This document shows, in pieces, positions 26,536 to 39,881 of a DNA stretch of 64,000 bases. A program made the position numbers and the translations under genes. The notes under the pieces are model-generated. The model was given only the letters and a program-made list of their open reading frames with translations. It had not been told where the DNA came from and made no database searches. How positions within the stretch are numbered: the first letter of the stretch is position 1; each line of letters begins with the position of its first letter. The DNA lies in NCBI RefSeq assembly GCF_040938485.1, contig NW_027272059.1:806001-870000 (forward strand), written 5' to 3'. The stretch comes from Diadema antillarum (taxonomy: Eukaryota).

Positions 26536-27688
26536 TATTGTTGCATTCTTTATAGGGGGTTGTATTTGCAGGGCTGCTGTCTATATACACATAGCATTTC
26601 AAAAGCTTCTACAGTTACTTGAGTAGTTGTACACTGTAGTTGATGTCAGTTGCGATATTTCTTGAACCAAACAACACTGTATCATTTAACTAAACCCACA
26701 ATGTGCTGATGAAATTTATGCAGAATTTGATTACCAGTGTGGTACTTGTCTTGATTTTTATGCAATATGTATGAACAATGTAAGCAATATTGATGTATAC
26801 TTTTGAAATAAATATTTCAAGAATGAAACTTCTTGTCAAATGAAAGCAGCAATTCTTGTACAAATGTATGATAGTGAGTGCATGGGAGGAATCTGAATGA
26901 AACACCGACAAGATATCTCAGTCCATTAAAACTCATAAATGCACACCACACACACACACACACACATGCCTACTAATCCACACAGATTGGACAGATTGAA
27001 ATGTCCTAGTTGACCTCTATGGCAGTCTGTGATGGGAAGGCATTTCATTTCACTTGATCACTCTTACACACACACTGTCAAGCTCTCATTATTGACCACC
27101 AATATCTTTACGCATGTTAAAGAAAAAAAAAAAAACTCTTCTCTTCTCTAAACAATGATAACATTCAAACTTGACAAATGATGTAACTGGACCATGGTAA
27201 CATTTATGATATATTGCACTTAGAAGTTTATCTCTCTTTGTTTACATGTTGTAATAATTTTTTTTTTAGGCTGCCAATCAACCTTTGTGGGCCAGCCATT
27301 TTTTTTTTTTTTTTTTATTATTTTCCCCCCTCCTTTTGCTCCTTGAGAAATACAAAATAAATTCATGTTATGCTATGTTGAGGCACCAACTAAACCTACA
27401 TGCCTATTTATTTATCTGTTTATTCAAGAAGGCTGAAAATCACATTCCTAGCCAATAATATTTCAAATTCAGCCCTACACCAGACCTATCCATAATCTAT
27501 GATTGATTTTCAGTGAATGTCAAAATCAAATGTATAGCATTCAAAACAAGACAGTCTACCAATTGGTGCTCAAAAAGCTAGGAGAAATGTGGACTTTACA
27601 TTGAAAACATAAGTGGGAGAACATTTGACATTTCAAAAATTGGGGCCCCACTTCTTGAAAATGTTTGCAAAGATTGAAAGTGGCAATA

Positions 27689-27858
27689 CAGTGCACTTCC
27701 GTTATAGTGAACACGGTTATAACGAAATTCCGGTTACAACAAAGTAAATATTAAGGCGGCAACATTATCCACTCTATGTATTTTTATTGTTTATTTGTTC
27801 GGTTATAACGAAAGAAAACTGGCGGTCCCGAGGACTTTGTTATAATGGGAGTCCACTG
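27689..27858. mobile_element. Tc1/pogo-like MITE, copy 2
   Basis: TA|CAGTGCACTTCC..GGGAGTCCACTG|TA; aligns by eye with 14098-14282. Confidence 0.75.
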
Positions 27859-28331
27859 TAACTTCAGTTGTTATGGCAACAGTTGGGAACAAGCTATCAG
27901 CTTTGAATATGTATGCCGTTGCTGCATTTATTGTGACTTGTGATGATGCAAACATTCTTCAATGAAATAAGACTGATGGAGAATTTGTCATTCTGCTGAA
28001 TGCCATGCCTGAGGTATGGCTACTGTTGGGATGCAGGATGGCAAACCTATAGGCGTATGTATGTGGGTCACTCTCCCAGTGATAGACCAAAAACTTTGTC
28101 AAAAACCTGCATCCAACCCTGTTGCATGATAGATATCTTTGCAAGATTTGGCCACAATGTCACTGATGCCAAGTTGATGTGTCTTTGTATTGTTGGTCCT
28201 TTGCTCACTTTATGCAATCATGATGCAAGAGTCTTTCTATGACTGCTGAGCTTCTGAAATTTTGCACTTGACTTGTAACCTATGTCGACCAGTCTCTAAA
28301 TCATATGAGTATATGTTTCAAGGTGCACTCG

Positions 28332-31300
28332 TCATCTTGGTTGGAGAAACTGCCGAATCCTGGGGAAGAGTTTGAGAGCATTTTCTCGGGTGACCTTCCT
28401 CACTGTCTCAGCTGACACACCTTTGACCTCTGCGATGTAGTCACATGATATTCGGATATTGCTTGGTTCATTTCTTGTCTGCATGGATAATTGAGTTAGG
28501 AGAACAGATATATTAATCATATCAAAATTAAGACTCCAAACACGATTCATGTTTGATAAAATCCAAAGCATTGGCATAAGGCTACAAAATCTCTACACGA
28601 TGTCACATGTAGTCACAGCAATAAATTTTATGCCTTTCCTGTATGCTAGAGTCCTGAGGAGTGTGCAATAAATTTTTTCCCACCTTTTGCATTTTATCAA
28701 GTGTTTATTATTTGCTGTTTTATACCAATATCTGAATCGAGTTCACCAAAGAATGGGTAAAAGTCCTCTAGAATTGTATCACTTAGGCCAGAAAGTTGTA
28801 TAAAGAGTCTGAACTGTTAATGAGTGAGAAATCATCTTTCCATGTCTCACCTGCTTCTCTGCAGCCAGGGCTGGGGAGTCAGTTTCCAGTAAGATGTTTT
28901 CCAATGGCAGCTGCTTCACCAGCTTTTGCTTCTTGTTGAAATTAATAAATAAGAAATGAGAAAAATTCATTGCAATACGAGAAAGAAGAGGAAAAATGGC
29001 AAAACAGCTGTATTATTTTGTATCAATATTCTGTGTCTGAAGTGTCATCTATTAGAATGTGCAACACAGTTTTGGTAGTTGTTTGGCAACTTAATATTGT
29101 TTCTTTCCAAATATCAAAACATTTTTGGACTAAAAACAAAAAATGTGTTTGCCAATTATGACTGAAGTTCAACCATAACCAACCCATTACTTCATTTGAA
29201 AGTTTGTGTTTATTTGTTGTTTTTTTACTAGGTGTGGTGATACTGTGAGTACTCATACAGTATTAATTCTATCTGCAAATCGCTATCTTTGTGGCAAGAT
29301 GTATGGAAATAATCCTGCATGTCACCAGCATGTCACAAAATCTACATTTTTTTTTTTTGTTGTTGTAGAGTCTCATCATTAAGCATGATGTAAGGAGAAT
29401 AATCAATGCCGAACAGCGATATCAGACGAGAATTCTTCAGACCAAATTAAAGTAAAGAAAGAGGATGAAAGAACACATGATTGAGACAATCTACAACAAG
29501 CCTACCTGACCACTCCTAATGATGGAAGGAGGGATAGAGAAGAAGTAGCCATACTGTACTCCCTGAAGAGCAACTGATGCCTTCCCATCAAAAGCATGGA
29601 GTAATACATTCTCCGCTCCTGAAACAAAGAAAATCAAGCAACAGTTACACACTGAACATCTGAACATGCCAAGCTATTAACTTCAGCAAATGTGATATGT
29701 TACGCTGTAACATTAAATGTTAAATATATATGATGTATCAACCACTATATATATATTGTGTATACGGTGGTTGATACCTCATAATCCTTTGTAAGGAGAG
29801 ATACTGCAAATTATACATTTGTCACCCTGCTCTAATTTTTCCCAGGACAAACTTAAGGTCTCAAGAATGTGATGAAATTTACAGAGTACATGGTACTTTG
29901 GCAAGTATGAGACTGATGAAACTGTATCCTTTGAGCTAAAATCTACGATATGAACACTTATCTTAACATAAATAGTATCATAGGGTTGCCTGGGTTGGCA
30001 GATTGACAGTGCAAATCATCCCCTGACTCATTTCTCAATAGGCTGATTAGACAGTGAAGACAAATTCTTTCATCGAAGTACAGCATTTCTTGGACTATAA
30101 TGCAAATTTTTGGTGGGTGTGGTCTAAACCATCACTTCATAGATGACTACTTGTCATAAGCTATAAAGTAATAATGTTTTCTTTCACATCATTGCAAAGT
30201 AAAACAACATATTGCCATGATACTACCAACTCTACAAAAATATTGGATAAAATCCTAGGATATGAAAATCACTTTTCATACAGGCTTCATCGTCTTGGTC
30301 TATTGAAAGACTATAAATCAGCGTGGATGGAAAATTCTAACAAGATGGGTGTATCATTAAGCAGATACGGTTTCCATAACATGTAATGGTCTGAGGTAAT
30401 AAGTCTACAGTGATTTGAACAACACATTATGAACAGAAAGGGAGAGTGTAAGGACGGATCAGAGTTGATATGATTTGCAACAGTAAATGACATGTAAAAG
30501 AAGAAACCATCTTTCACCTTGTTCATGAAGAAGTGCTATTGTAGGTCTCCCTGCTGACCTTGAATGGACATTTCTACATGGAACACAGAGTATGAAAAGA
30601 ATTACTGCCTGGTCTCTCTGAAAGCCATTTTTACATTTGACTCACATGTACAATAATATATATTCTTGAAATCATGTTTTATTCTGTATCTAAGTCTCTA
30701 CAAAATATTCAGCGTTGCCCTAGCAATTAGCTTTGCTGAAATGCATGTATCTGGTAATTGAACACAATTGTCTCACCACAAAACAGAATAGAGGATACAT
30801 AACTTACAAAGGGAGTCCTAGTCTCTTTGCCAGTTGTACTTGTTGGATGAGAACAGCTTTTTGTGTGTCCTTCTCCTCTGCATTCCTTGCTACTCTTGGT
30901 GTGAAGTCTAGTCCCACCTGAAAACAGAATTACATGTTTCAGTATATAACATCGCAATACGATAGAATGATACCTAAATTCATAATCACAGGAACCGATT
31001 TGCTTTTATCAGAAATCCTTTAACTGCAATCCATCTCCACTTTTTTTTTCTTTTTTTTTGTGAGGATTGAAGCTGTGCTGTATGGGTAACTTGAATATGA
31101 GCATCCATATCTATGAAAGGGTATTACCTTTACAATATTTCAAAATAAAGCTACGGATAAGACAGCAGATTTGAGCATGTAACATGCAGCAGTTCATAAT
31201 AATCACCCTAGATACAAAATAGTTCAAAATAACTGTGTGCCTTTGACAAATGACATGACTTTGTCCTTCACTTCTGCTTACCATATAATAAAACTCATGA

Positions 31301-34300
31301 TATATTCACACACAGGAAATAAGAGAAGAAAGGGTAAAACTAGCATGCATGAAAATGAATGAAATCTACAGAAATTCATAACCATGGACAAGAATTCCTC
31401 TTTACCTCTCCAACAGCCACAAGTTGATCGGCATACTTCTCAATAACTCCAATGCAGTCATCCAAGTCAGTATGCTGTACACTGCGCTGCTCATCAGGGG
31501 GATTTCCCTACAAACATGAAACCATAATGTAAAAAGTAAAATGCCATCAGTACATATCACCTCCCCCCCCCCAAAAAAAAAATAAATAAATAAATAAAAA
31601 AATCAAAAAAAAAAATCACATAGTCTGATGCTGTGCAAATATCAGGAAGGTCATTATCGTATATAGGATATCGCAGAATTCAATCTGACGTGCATTCACA
31701 GGGGACCTGAAAGAATTGTCTTGGTAACACAACTTTTTTTTTTTTTGTTGTTGCTAGTGAAATACATCTGTACTGATCATTTGTGTGAGAAAGTTATAAT
31801 ATTGTACACTTTTGTGAAAATATTTTTTCATCATGATAATCAAAAAGAGGCTGCAAACCTTGAGGACAAATCAGTATTAAACTGCTCAGGGACAAAAGAG
31901 CTTTACTCGCTTTTCATAATTTCCCTTTTCCTTTGTCACTAAATAGGGTCATTTCAGCTTGTGTATGTGTATGGATGCAATATCGCATGACCTGCTGATC
32001 CATAAAGTTATTAACACTGTGTTGATCTTTCTGATATAAAAGCTATTTTCAACAAATCCACTAAAATGATGACTGCTGTGAAAGGATGTCCCATGTACTG
32101 GAAATACACACACACACACACAAAAGAAAAAAGGTAGAGAATGTTTGAAAAACTTCAAATTATCTGAAATGGCATTCACCATGTGATTCAAAAAGCTCTT
32201 AGGTGTGATTTTATGACAAGATATGTAAGCAGTGGTCCTCTCTTTTCACTTATCTCTTAATGAAACAATCTTTTAAGACAATGCTCAAGATAAATGTGGG
32301 ACTTAACATTCTTGTTGACATCTTTCATGGGGGAAGAAGTTAATTTGTTTTTAAAGACAAGTTGCAGGAACACATCAAATTCTGAGAACAAACCAAACAC
32401 CTGCACAGGATGAACACCAAGGCATGGCAGAAGGAAGCCTGGGTAGAGTCTAGATAGTTCCATGACCCCCTCAAACTCTTGACCATTCTCTGCAACTACC
32501 AGTGCAGCCTCCACACCATGCTGGAATAAAACATATACCATACCACAAACAGATTCAGGTCAGATTTATGCTCTCTCTGTATTACATGCTACATTTTCCA
32601 TTTTCTCAAGCTATACACACATTAAATGGCTGTACCTTGAAATGTGGAGTTGGTACATCAAGATATATTCTCCCTATTAATATCACCATTACCAAACATA
32701 TGCACCCTAACTATAAAGTTACCTATAGAGTAGTAACTACATTTTCTAACGAGCAAAGTGAAAACTATATGATACCTCTTGTATGTTTACTTTTATTACC
32801 TTTTGTGTTCAGGTCTACAACTACACACTGAAGTTCATGTAAAACAGACAAATAAACATTTTACTAACCCTGGTTAGCATTATGTTAGATACTAATATTA
32901 ACTCCTTCAGTTCACAAAAGTATGGAAGTCCACAATATCTACTACATATTCAAAAGTTGACACAAGTTTGTAACCAACGAGTAAAAAAAAAAATAGTGAT
33001 ACTTTATTTTGATCATATCTGGATAATTCCCAGATCTACATACCTCTCTGGCCCTGCACACCACCTCATCAATATCCTGTTGAAATGCAACACACAATAC
33101 GATATACTTATTATTAAAGACAGTTGAAAAGTCATAAATTGGTATGACAAGTTCAAGGATTTCATTGTATGAAATCTTATTTTAACATTTTTTAAATGAA
33201 ACTGCACATTACCTTGACCTTTTCCTGACCTCATCAGGCTCATTGGATTACTTAAAACCAATGCCCTGGAGCTTTATATTTCATTGCTCTTTCTCTGTCC
33301 AAGAAAAATTAATTCGTGTGAAATTTTTAGTATGACACTACCAATTGTTGCAGAGATCTCATGAATCAAAAGCAGCACTGAATATAGCCTACCCGTCTTA
33401 GCAGTGACCAAAACAAATTGGCATACTCATGAAATAGGCCCCACCACTGCGTGTCCGTACTAATACTACGGCTGCTCGCCTTATACTCGTGAATTCAGCC
33501 CCACTGTGTGGCGTTCATCGGTAGGTAAGCACAGTGGTGGGGCTTCCTTCCACAGTATACTCATGAATGCAGCCCCACCAAACGGCATTTATGCGAGATT
33601 GCTACAGCGGTGGGGCCGATTTCCACAGCATTATATTAGTCTTCAACTTTTTATTCTCGGAAGGCCTCCCTAATGTCCCTCGACTAATTTAACGGCCAGT
33701 TTAACCATAAATACAACCCTACCTAACCCTAAAAAACCCTAACCCTAACCATAACCCTAGGATCTACCCTTGCTTGCTAACGCACGGGTGCACGCACACT
33801 GCGGTGGGGCCTATTTCACGATTTTGCCAACAAATTCCCTTGGGATCAGATTTCAGATTCCAATATTATAAGCCCAAACAGATTAAATTTTATAAAGATA
33901 GATAAAAAAATAAGTTATTGATTTAATTATAATTGCTCACTGCTTCAGTTACAAACAACTAGATTCTCTAGATCTACATCATGGTAGTGGTGTTCTAGTC
34001 AGTACATTACAAGTAAAACAGCGTTAGTAGATTGTTGAATTGTGAAGCCAAGTTCACGAAGGAAGTGTGCAGTGGTGTCATAGTACAGTAAGGGTACCGG
34101 TTTTCGACACTTTAGCACATTTCCTTGTTTACCATCAATACTGCACCGTTTTACCTCAGAATTTCGATATGAAGTTGAGCTACTAAGGCCAGCAATAATA
34201 TGCCTTGAACGTATTCCCATTTGAATGCACTCATGTTCAATTTTAAGCCATTTCCGTCACGCCGTCGCTGGCATCAGATTTCGACACCCAGCATCATTTT

Positions 34301-35009
34301 TCGACACAATCATGCAGCGCGCATCACACATAAATCACATGGCACGTACAGTATGCGTACACTGCATTGTGTGCGCAAACCAGCAATCATACCAGCGCAA
34401 GAACTTGTATTTTCTTCTATAACGTGTCTTAATATGGGAATGTCGAAATCCGGTGCCACATTCTCAAAGCCAACTCTTTCTAAAAGTTTGCTCATTTATC
34501 ACGAATTCAGCCATGAAATTACCAAAGACGAATATGAAATGAAACATCAGGATTTGGCAAACAAACTGATACTAAAGTAAGATAACCGGCATGGGTCAAT
34601 TTCATTTTACGGCGATGTATACAAAATGCGTCATATTGTCAGCTGATTGTTTTGAACCCCTAAAAATGGCTGACATCAACATTTCTGCTGACACTGTGTT
34701 GCTTTTCTACTAAATATTCTACCGTCGGATTATGATGACAAGTGACAAACGGTGTTTACATAAGACTAGAAATGTGATTGATAACTTGGTTGATTGTTGA
34801 AGTCAGACGTTTGTACTGAGTATAAAATTCAATAAGAATTATCTGCTGGGTGTCGAAATCTGGGTCCTGTCGAAAACTGGTGCACTAACGGTACATGTAT
34901 CACTGTGTGGCAGCAGTGCAGTGCTTACATGGACAAAATCCTCTGCAGCGAGATGGCAGTGACAGTCTATATATTTAGCGTGTTCTTCTGGGCCCGATTT
35001 CGTCTCCAT
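28332..35009 (-). CDS. TATDN3: TatD DNase domain-containing protein 3 (~280 aa)
   Basis: Nine phase-consistent exons: 35009-34929, 33076-33044, 32520-32401, 31507-31406, 30917-30808, 30573-30518, 29618-29506, 28931-28851, 28478-28332. Motifs: [67 protein letters not shown]. Confidence 0.95.
33418..33830. mobile_element. MITE with ~35-bp TIR and internal telomere-like (AACCCT)n run
   Basis: TTGGCATACTCATGAAATAGGCCCCACC vs GGTGGGGCCTATTTCACGATTTTGCCAA; CCTAACCCTAAAAAACCCTAACCCTAACC at ~33715-33760. Confidence 0.65.
34086..34891. mobile_element. pogo-like non-autonomous element in TATDN3 intron 1
   Basis: TA|CAGTAAGGGTACCGGTTTTCGACA vs TGTCGAAAACTGGTGCACTAACGG|TA, with internal repeated TGTCGAAA/TTTCGACA motifs. 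Confidence 0.6.
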
Positions 35010-36930
35010 TCCTGTTGAGTTGTACCAGACCAGATTGGGATATACGCAGATTCACTGTCTTTTCTCGATAGTCGGAGCCAGGGTCAGCAGGGAAGTGTTA
35101 GACACTACATGCAGGCTGTGTGAAAACTCGAGCTCGAGTGGAGCCACAAATCAAGCAAGAAGGATCACCAGAGACACGGGACACGGCTCCCCAATCTGTG
35201 CCGTCTAAAAACAAAAACACGCCGGAGGAGCGGCGCAGCCTAGCCGACCGAAGACTTCAGATCCATGCACTGTTGAGCTCTCACTGCTCTCGTACTCCGA
35301 GCGGGTAAATTTAGTCCAGGCTAGAAGGCACCCAACCTTGTTTTTTGATATATACAATGTTTTTTGATGGTTTCTTGTCAATTCGAGGGTGCTGATTCCA
35401 AATCCGATTGATGCCACTCGCGTAACCTTGAGCATTTTCGGCAAAATGCAAAAATCCAAAATGGCCGCCAGATATGCTAATTCGGCCATGATAAACACAA
35501 TAATGTGCATTATATGACCAATTATTCCACCAAGCTTCGTACATTATTGTTCCTAGAGTTACTCCATCTGCATTTGCAAGCGAATTTTCATTTCATATAG
35601 GTTCATTTAGCATTTAAAGTTCATTTTTGTATTCAAAATGGCCGCCATTCCTATACTTATGTACTATATGAATGGCAAAACATATGCATGGAAATATAGA
35701 ACAAATTTACTGTATTTCCAGTCCCTTACCTACACTATCATAAAGTTTTGTATGTGCAATATGTTGGGTGTCACTTACAATATATAGGGGGGCTACATTA
35801 TGAGCATTTAATATTCATAAACCTTACGATGTTGAACACAATTTCTTATATATTTCATTTTGTCTCAACAAAAGTCTCGACAATATAAATTCACTAACGT
35901 CTCGCAAAGAATGAAAATACCATCATAGTCTATATGCCGGCTGAATATAAACATGTAATACTAACACAATATATCAAGGAGCCTAGATACATGGTATTTA
36001 TCAAATAATGTTGAAAATGGAGGGGAAGCTAGAAAGCAAAGCTTGTGATATGCATTCCCCTAAAACCATATTAACAAAGTACAGAAAAATCCTATACAGT
36101 AAGTGCAGAGATACGTGGTTGCAGACAAAAACACATCGGACGTTAATGGCACAACTAAAAACCCTTTACATTGTAGATTTTTTTTTTTCCAGCAAGGAGT
36201 TGGGGGGGGGGGGGGAGGGAGCAGTCCTGAGGCGAGTTCGAAATGGATCATAACCTCCATCACTTTGATATGATTTAATTTAGAAGTGCCGCCTTGATAT
36301 TATCGAGCAAACCTGATTTTCTTCTTGAATTAAAACAACAACAAAAACTGTTGAAGGCATAAACGAAACTGTCCTAATGCAATACCGTACAAACTGTTCA
36401 TTAAACATCAACCAAGGAGCAATGGGAGATACCTCTTTCAGTTCTCTCACAGTTCCCAGGTGTTGATAATACATGTATACACTTTGACATCATGATCTCA
36501 TTCAGTGTTGTCTTAAAACTAAAACTGTCATTTTTATTGTCTTTAAAGAACCCTTAATTTAATCGTATGTTTAGCAGCAGGCGACATCAGCCCCAAGTTT
36601 GCAGAATTCTCAGGCTAAAGATGCATATTAGTCCTGCAATTGTTTTAATTGTAACCACATCTGGTGATGTTCAGCACTTCCTCAGGGGTCAGAGGGCGAT
36701 TATTTGCCATAGAAACAGGATGAAGACATGAAGACTTGCTTGATCACCACCCGTTGAAGCCCTGTGGCTTTGTTGCCAGGCCAGAGATAGTGTTGTAGGT
36801 AACTTGGGTGGTATTAGAGATGACATCAGACCAGCATCTGCACCAACCTGTTTTGGGGTCAAAGCTTTCAAGTTACAGTAGGGAAATCTATAGGCTTGTG
36901 GGATTTCAGGCGCATTGATGGCAGGTTGTT

Positions 36931-37079
36931 CAAGGGGGCATTTCATGAAGTGTTTTGTCAGATCTTTTCTTTTTTACAAACTGTTATAAGCTATTAAATC
37001 CTTGCATCTGATTGGCTGAGAGCAAATTTGTCAGACAAATTTGTCCGACAAAATGCTTCATGAAATGCCCCCCCCCCCC
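36931..37079. mobile_element. Small MITE nested in Academ element 2
   Basis: GGGGGCATTTCATGAAG..CTTCATGAAATGCCCCC; similar in architecture to 41931-42086. Confidence 0.55.
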
Positions 37080-37089
37080 ATGCTATCGT

Positions 37090-37600
37090 GTTTGGAAGGT
37101 CAAGGTATGCGTTGACGGCACTGGTGACACTTGCCATCCTTTCCTTCCAGTGTGAGGGAGAGTGATTGAGTGCCAGTGAAGGAGGGTGGACTTCCTTAGC
37201 CTATATGATATGCTTGGAAGGCTTGCCACAGAGGGCTGCCTTGAACATGACGTTGGCAAGATGGTTACTAAGATGGAATGCATGGATCTGATGATAATCT
37301 AATAAAGGTTGGGGCAAAGTCTCCAGAAGATGAAGTACTCCACTATTGTCTTGAGATGGGTCAGTACTCGGCTCATGTCATCCAAGGACTTTAACCCTGA
37401 GACGTAAAGGCAAGATCATCTGCAAACTTCCTACGTGAAGTGAATGTAATGTCACCACATATATGTTAAAAAGACCTCTAGTGGAGTTAATTTACAGCCA
37501 CCATTAAGGAGGCCATCATTCAGAGTCCTAACACAGCTGGTCTGGTTACCGAGAGCAATCCTGAATCTGAAGATTAAAGACAAGCAGTGTGAAGTTGTTA
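37090..37600 (-). pseudogene. Degenerate LINE reverse-transcriptase fragment (Vingi/Ingi-like) inside Academ element 2
   Basis: Manual minus-strand translation across frameshifts and stops gives FRIALGNQTSCVRTLNDGL, LFNIY, RKFADDLAFTSQ..VEYFIFWRLCPN and AFHLSN. This is the RT domain 4-7 order typical of Ingi/Vingi elements. Confidence 0.65.
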
Positions 37601-39741
37601 TAACACTGCTTTCAGAATAAGGCAGCACTGTACAGATCTCAGAGTCTCCCTCGACATCATAGGCCTATACTCAAACACATTCACTCCGAAAAAAAAAAAG
37701 CGTGGTAAAATTCATCTACCATGTTCATCTGGGTTAACATAAAAAAACTTTGGGGCATTGTCTTCATTTCAGAGATTTGACAACAGGAAGTGAGGTGGTC
37801 CCTTTTTCCACTTTCCCCTGCCTCATGTTCTTTCTCGGATGAGGGGACTGAAAATTTTGTATAATATCGCTTTTAGATAATGTAGAACAGGACAGTTAAT
37901 TGGAAATTTCATTTGTGTCATCATCTAGGATTCAGCCTTTTAATTCAGTAAATCAGAATGAATATTTTGATGTTGAACATCTCAAGGAAAGTAAGTATCA
38001 AATGTTCATATCTAATAATTCCTGATAAACGATCTTGATGTTGGCGTCAATTCAAGTTTTGGTGGATTTTTCCAAATACCTAGGGAAAATTTCAGGTTGA
38101 GGTAGCAAATTTGGATGTTTGCATAAAAAAAAATAAAACAGCCTTTGTTAGTAACAACCTTCTGATTTATAGTCAGCACACAAATTGGTAAACAGTGTAC
38201 CTGAGTGACAGAAAAAAAAAAAAAAAAATTTGTTTATTTCACAAGCTCTGCCGTTCATATTGTGCAGGGGTATATTAGTGGCGTCCATTTTGAAGTTTTG
38301 TATAAAGAAGAATATAATAAGCCTAAAAACAATAAACTTTCTGTTTGTTTGCTTTTTTGTTTGCTTGTTTTGCTAGTGGCACTCATCAGATTTGCATTGC
38401 ACATGCAAAACTTGATAAAAGCGTAGGTATGTGACTGGAAATTCGTCTTCTATTTCTATGCATATTTTTTGCCATTTATATAGTACATGAGTATAGGAGT
38501 GGCGGCCATTTTGAATTGAAAATAAGCTTAAAATACTAAATGTACCTCTTCAAATGAAAAATTTCTTGCATGTGCAAGTAGAATTACTCAAGGAACAAAA
38601 ATTTTAAAAACTTTGATGGAATAATTTGTCATAAAATTGACATAACTGGGATTATCATGGCCAAATTAGCATATCTGGCGGCCATTTTGGATTTTTGCGT
38701 TTTGCCGAAAATGCTCAAGGTTACGCGAGTGGCATCAATCGGATTTGGAATAAGCACCCTCGAATTGACAAGAAACCATCAAAAAACATTGTATATATCA
38801 AAAAACAAGGTTAGGTGCACTTTCTATGGAGCCTAGCCTGGACTAATTACAGAATACCGGCAGCCAATCACGGAGAGCGCAAATCGCTCTGAAAAGAGCG
38901 TAATTACGCTTGCCGATAGCAACCATCTGAAATATTAATCCGATCTGCGATACGGTCCGTGATTCGGCTGTCGACGATTGCATTTGTTTACGTGTGTTTT
39001 CTTTGATCTGTGCGGTGAGAAGTGTGGTATCTTACGTTGTTCTCGGGGGTTTCGGGGGTGTCCCCCGAATAATGTAGTTCTACATCCTGACGATGCTAGT
39101 CTAGACTAGCCGTTAAAATTTACCCGAATTTACGATGAATACTCACGTTTTTAGGAGTTGAGGATAGTCCGTATCCTAGAAATCGACAGCAATTTAGGTG
39201 AGACTAGAAAACAATCACTTATCTAATTGCTGGTGCTAGCTTACAGTAGAGCTTACGCACTGTGTGGGTGCTCTTGACAGCCCACCATGTTGACTCTATG
39301 CAGTCGTACAACAATACCTACACACAACAGCTTATGATGCGTACGTGTGCAGTGGTAGCGCGTATTGAGTCTGCAGAACGCGCGCATGTTTACTAGTACA
39401 GTGTACAATACGTGTAGCAGTTGAGTGCGCACATGTCTCTTGACAATACGCGTATACGCGCTGCCTTGCCAAACTAGTGAGTAGTGTGATTGATCGTGAA
39501 TGACTTGTGTCGAAAAGAGATGAAGGAAGGAGGATGTCAGCTGTGATGACGTCATCAAGTTTAAAGTAGTTCCGCCAAAATCGGCTCGATTTTCTTTACC
39601 GACGATTTACTCGAGTTATCTTGATTTAGAGCAGTTTTCCTCTGAAACCACTCAATTTTCATAAAAATTGTGTGGTCAACCTACTTTTTGACGGCCGTTC
39701 CGTTCCCGGGCTTTTTGGGGCCCCCAGACGACGGGAAAGAC

Positions 39742-39823
39742 GAATTTCAGCCCTTCGGGCTGAAATTCATCTCTAAGGGAGAGCCGCCGGAGGCGGGGCC
39801 GAAGGCCCCGCCTCCGGCGGCTC
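39742..39823. repeat. Two adjacent perfect hairpins with 3-nt loops
   Basis: GAATTTCAGCCC-TTC-GGGCTGAAATTC (~39742-39768) and GAGCCGCCGGAGGCGGGGCC-GAA-GGCCCCGCCTCCGGCGGCTC (39781-39823). Confidence 0.95.
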
Positions 39824-39881
39824 TTATACGCACTAATATGCTAATTTATATGATGCAAAACCGGTATTCTGTAATTTCCCC

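Larger units (their letters stand above)
35312..38845. mobile_element. Second non-autonomous Academ-type element (~3.5 kb, different subfamily)
   Basis: Ends TAGTCCAGGCTAG / CTAGCCTGGACTA; TIRs of roughly 450 bp; ATT on both sides (35309-35311, 38846-38848) gives a 3-bp TSD. Confidence 0.78.

Noticed and set aside
27868-27881. X-box-like GTTGTTATGGCAAC
   Set aside because: It has a mismatch, abuts a MITE and is far from any predicted TSS, so it is probably chance.
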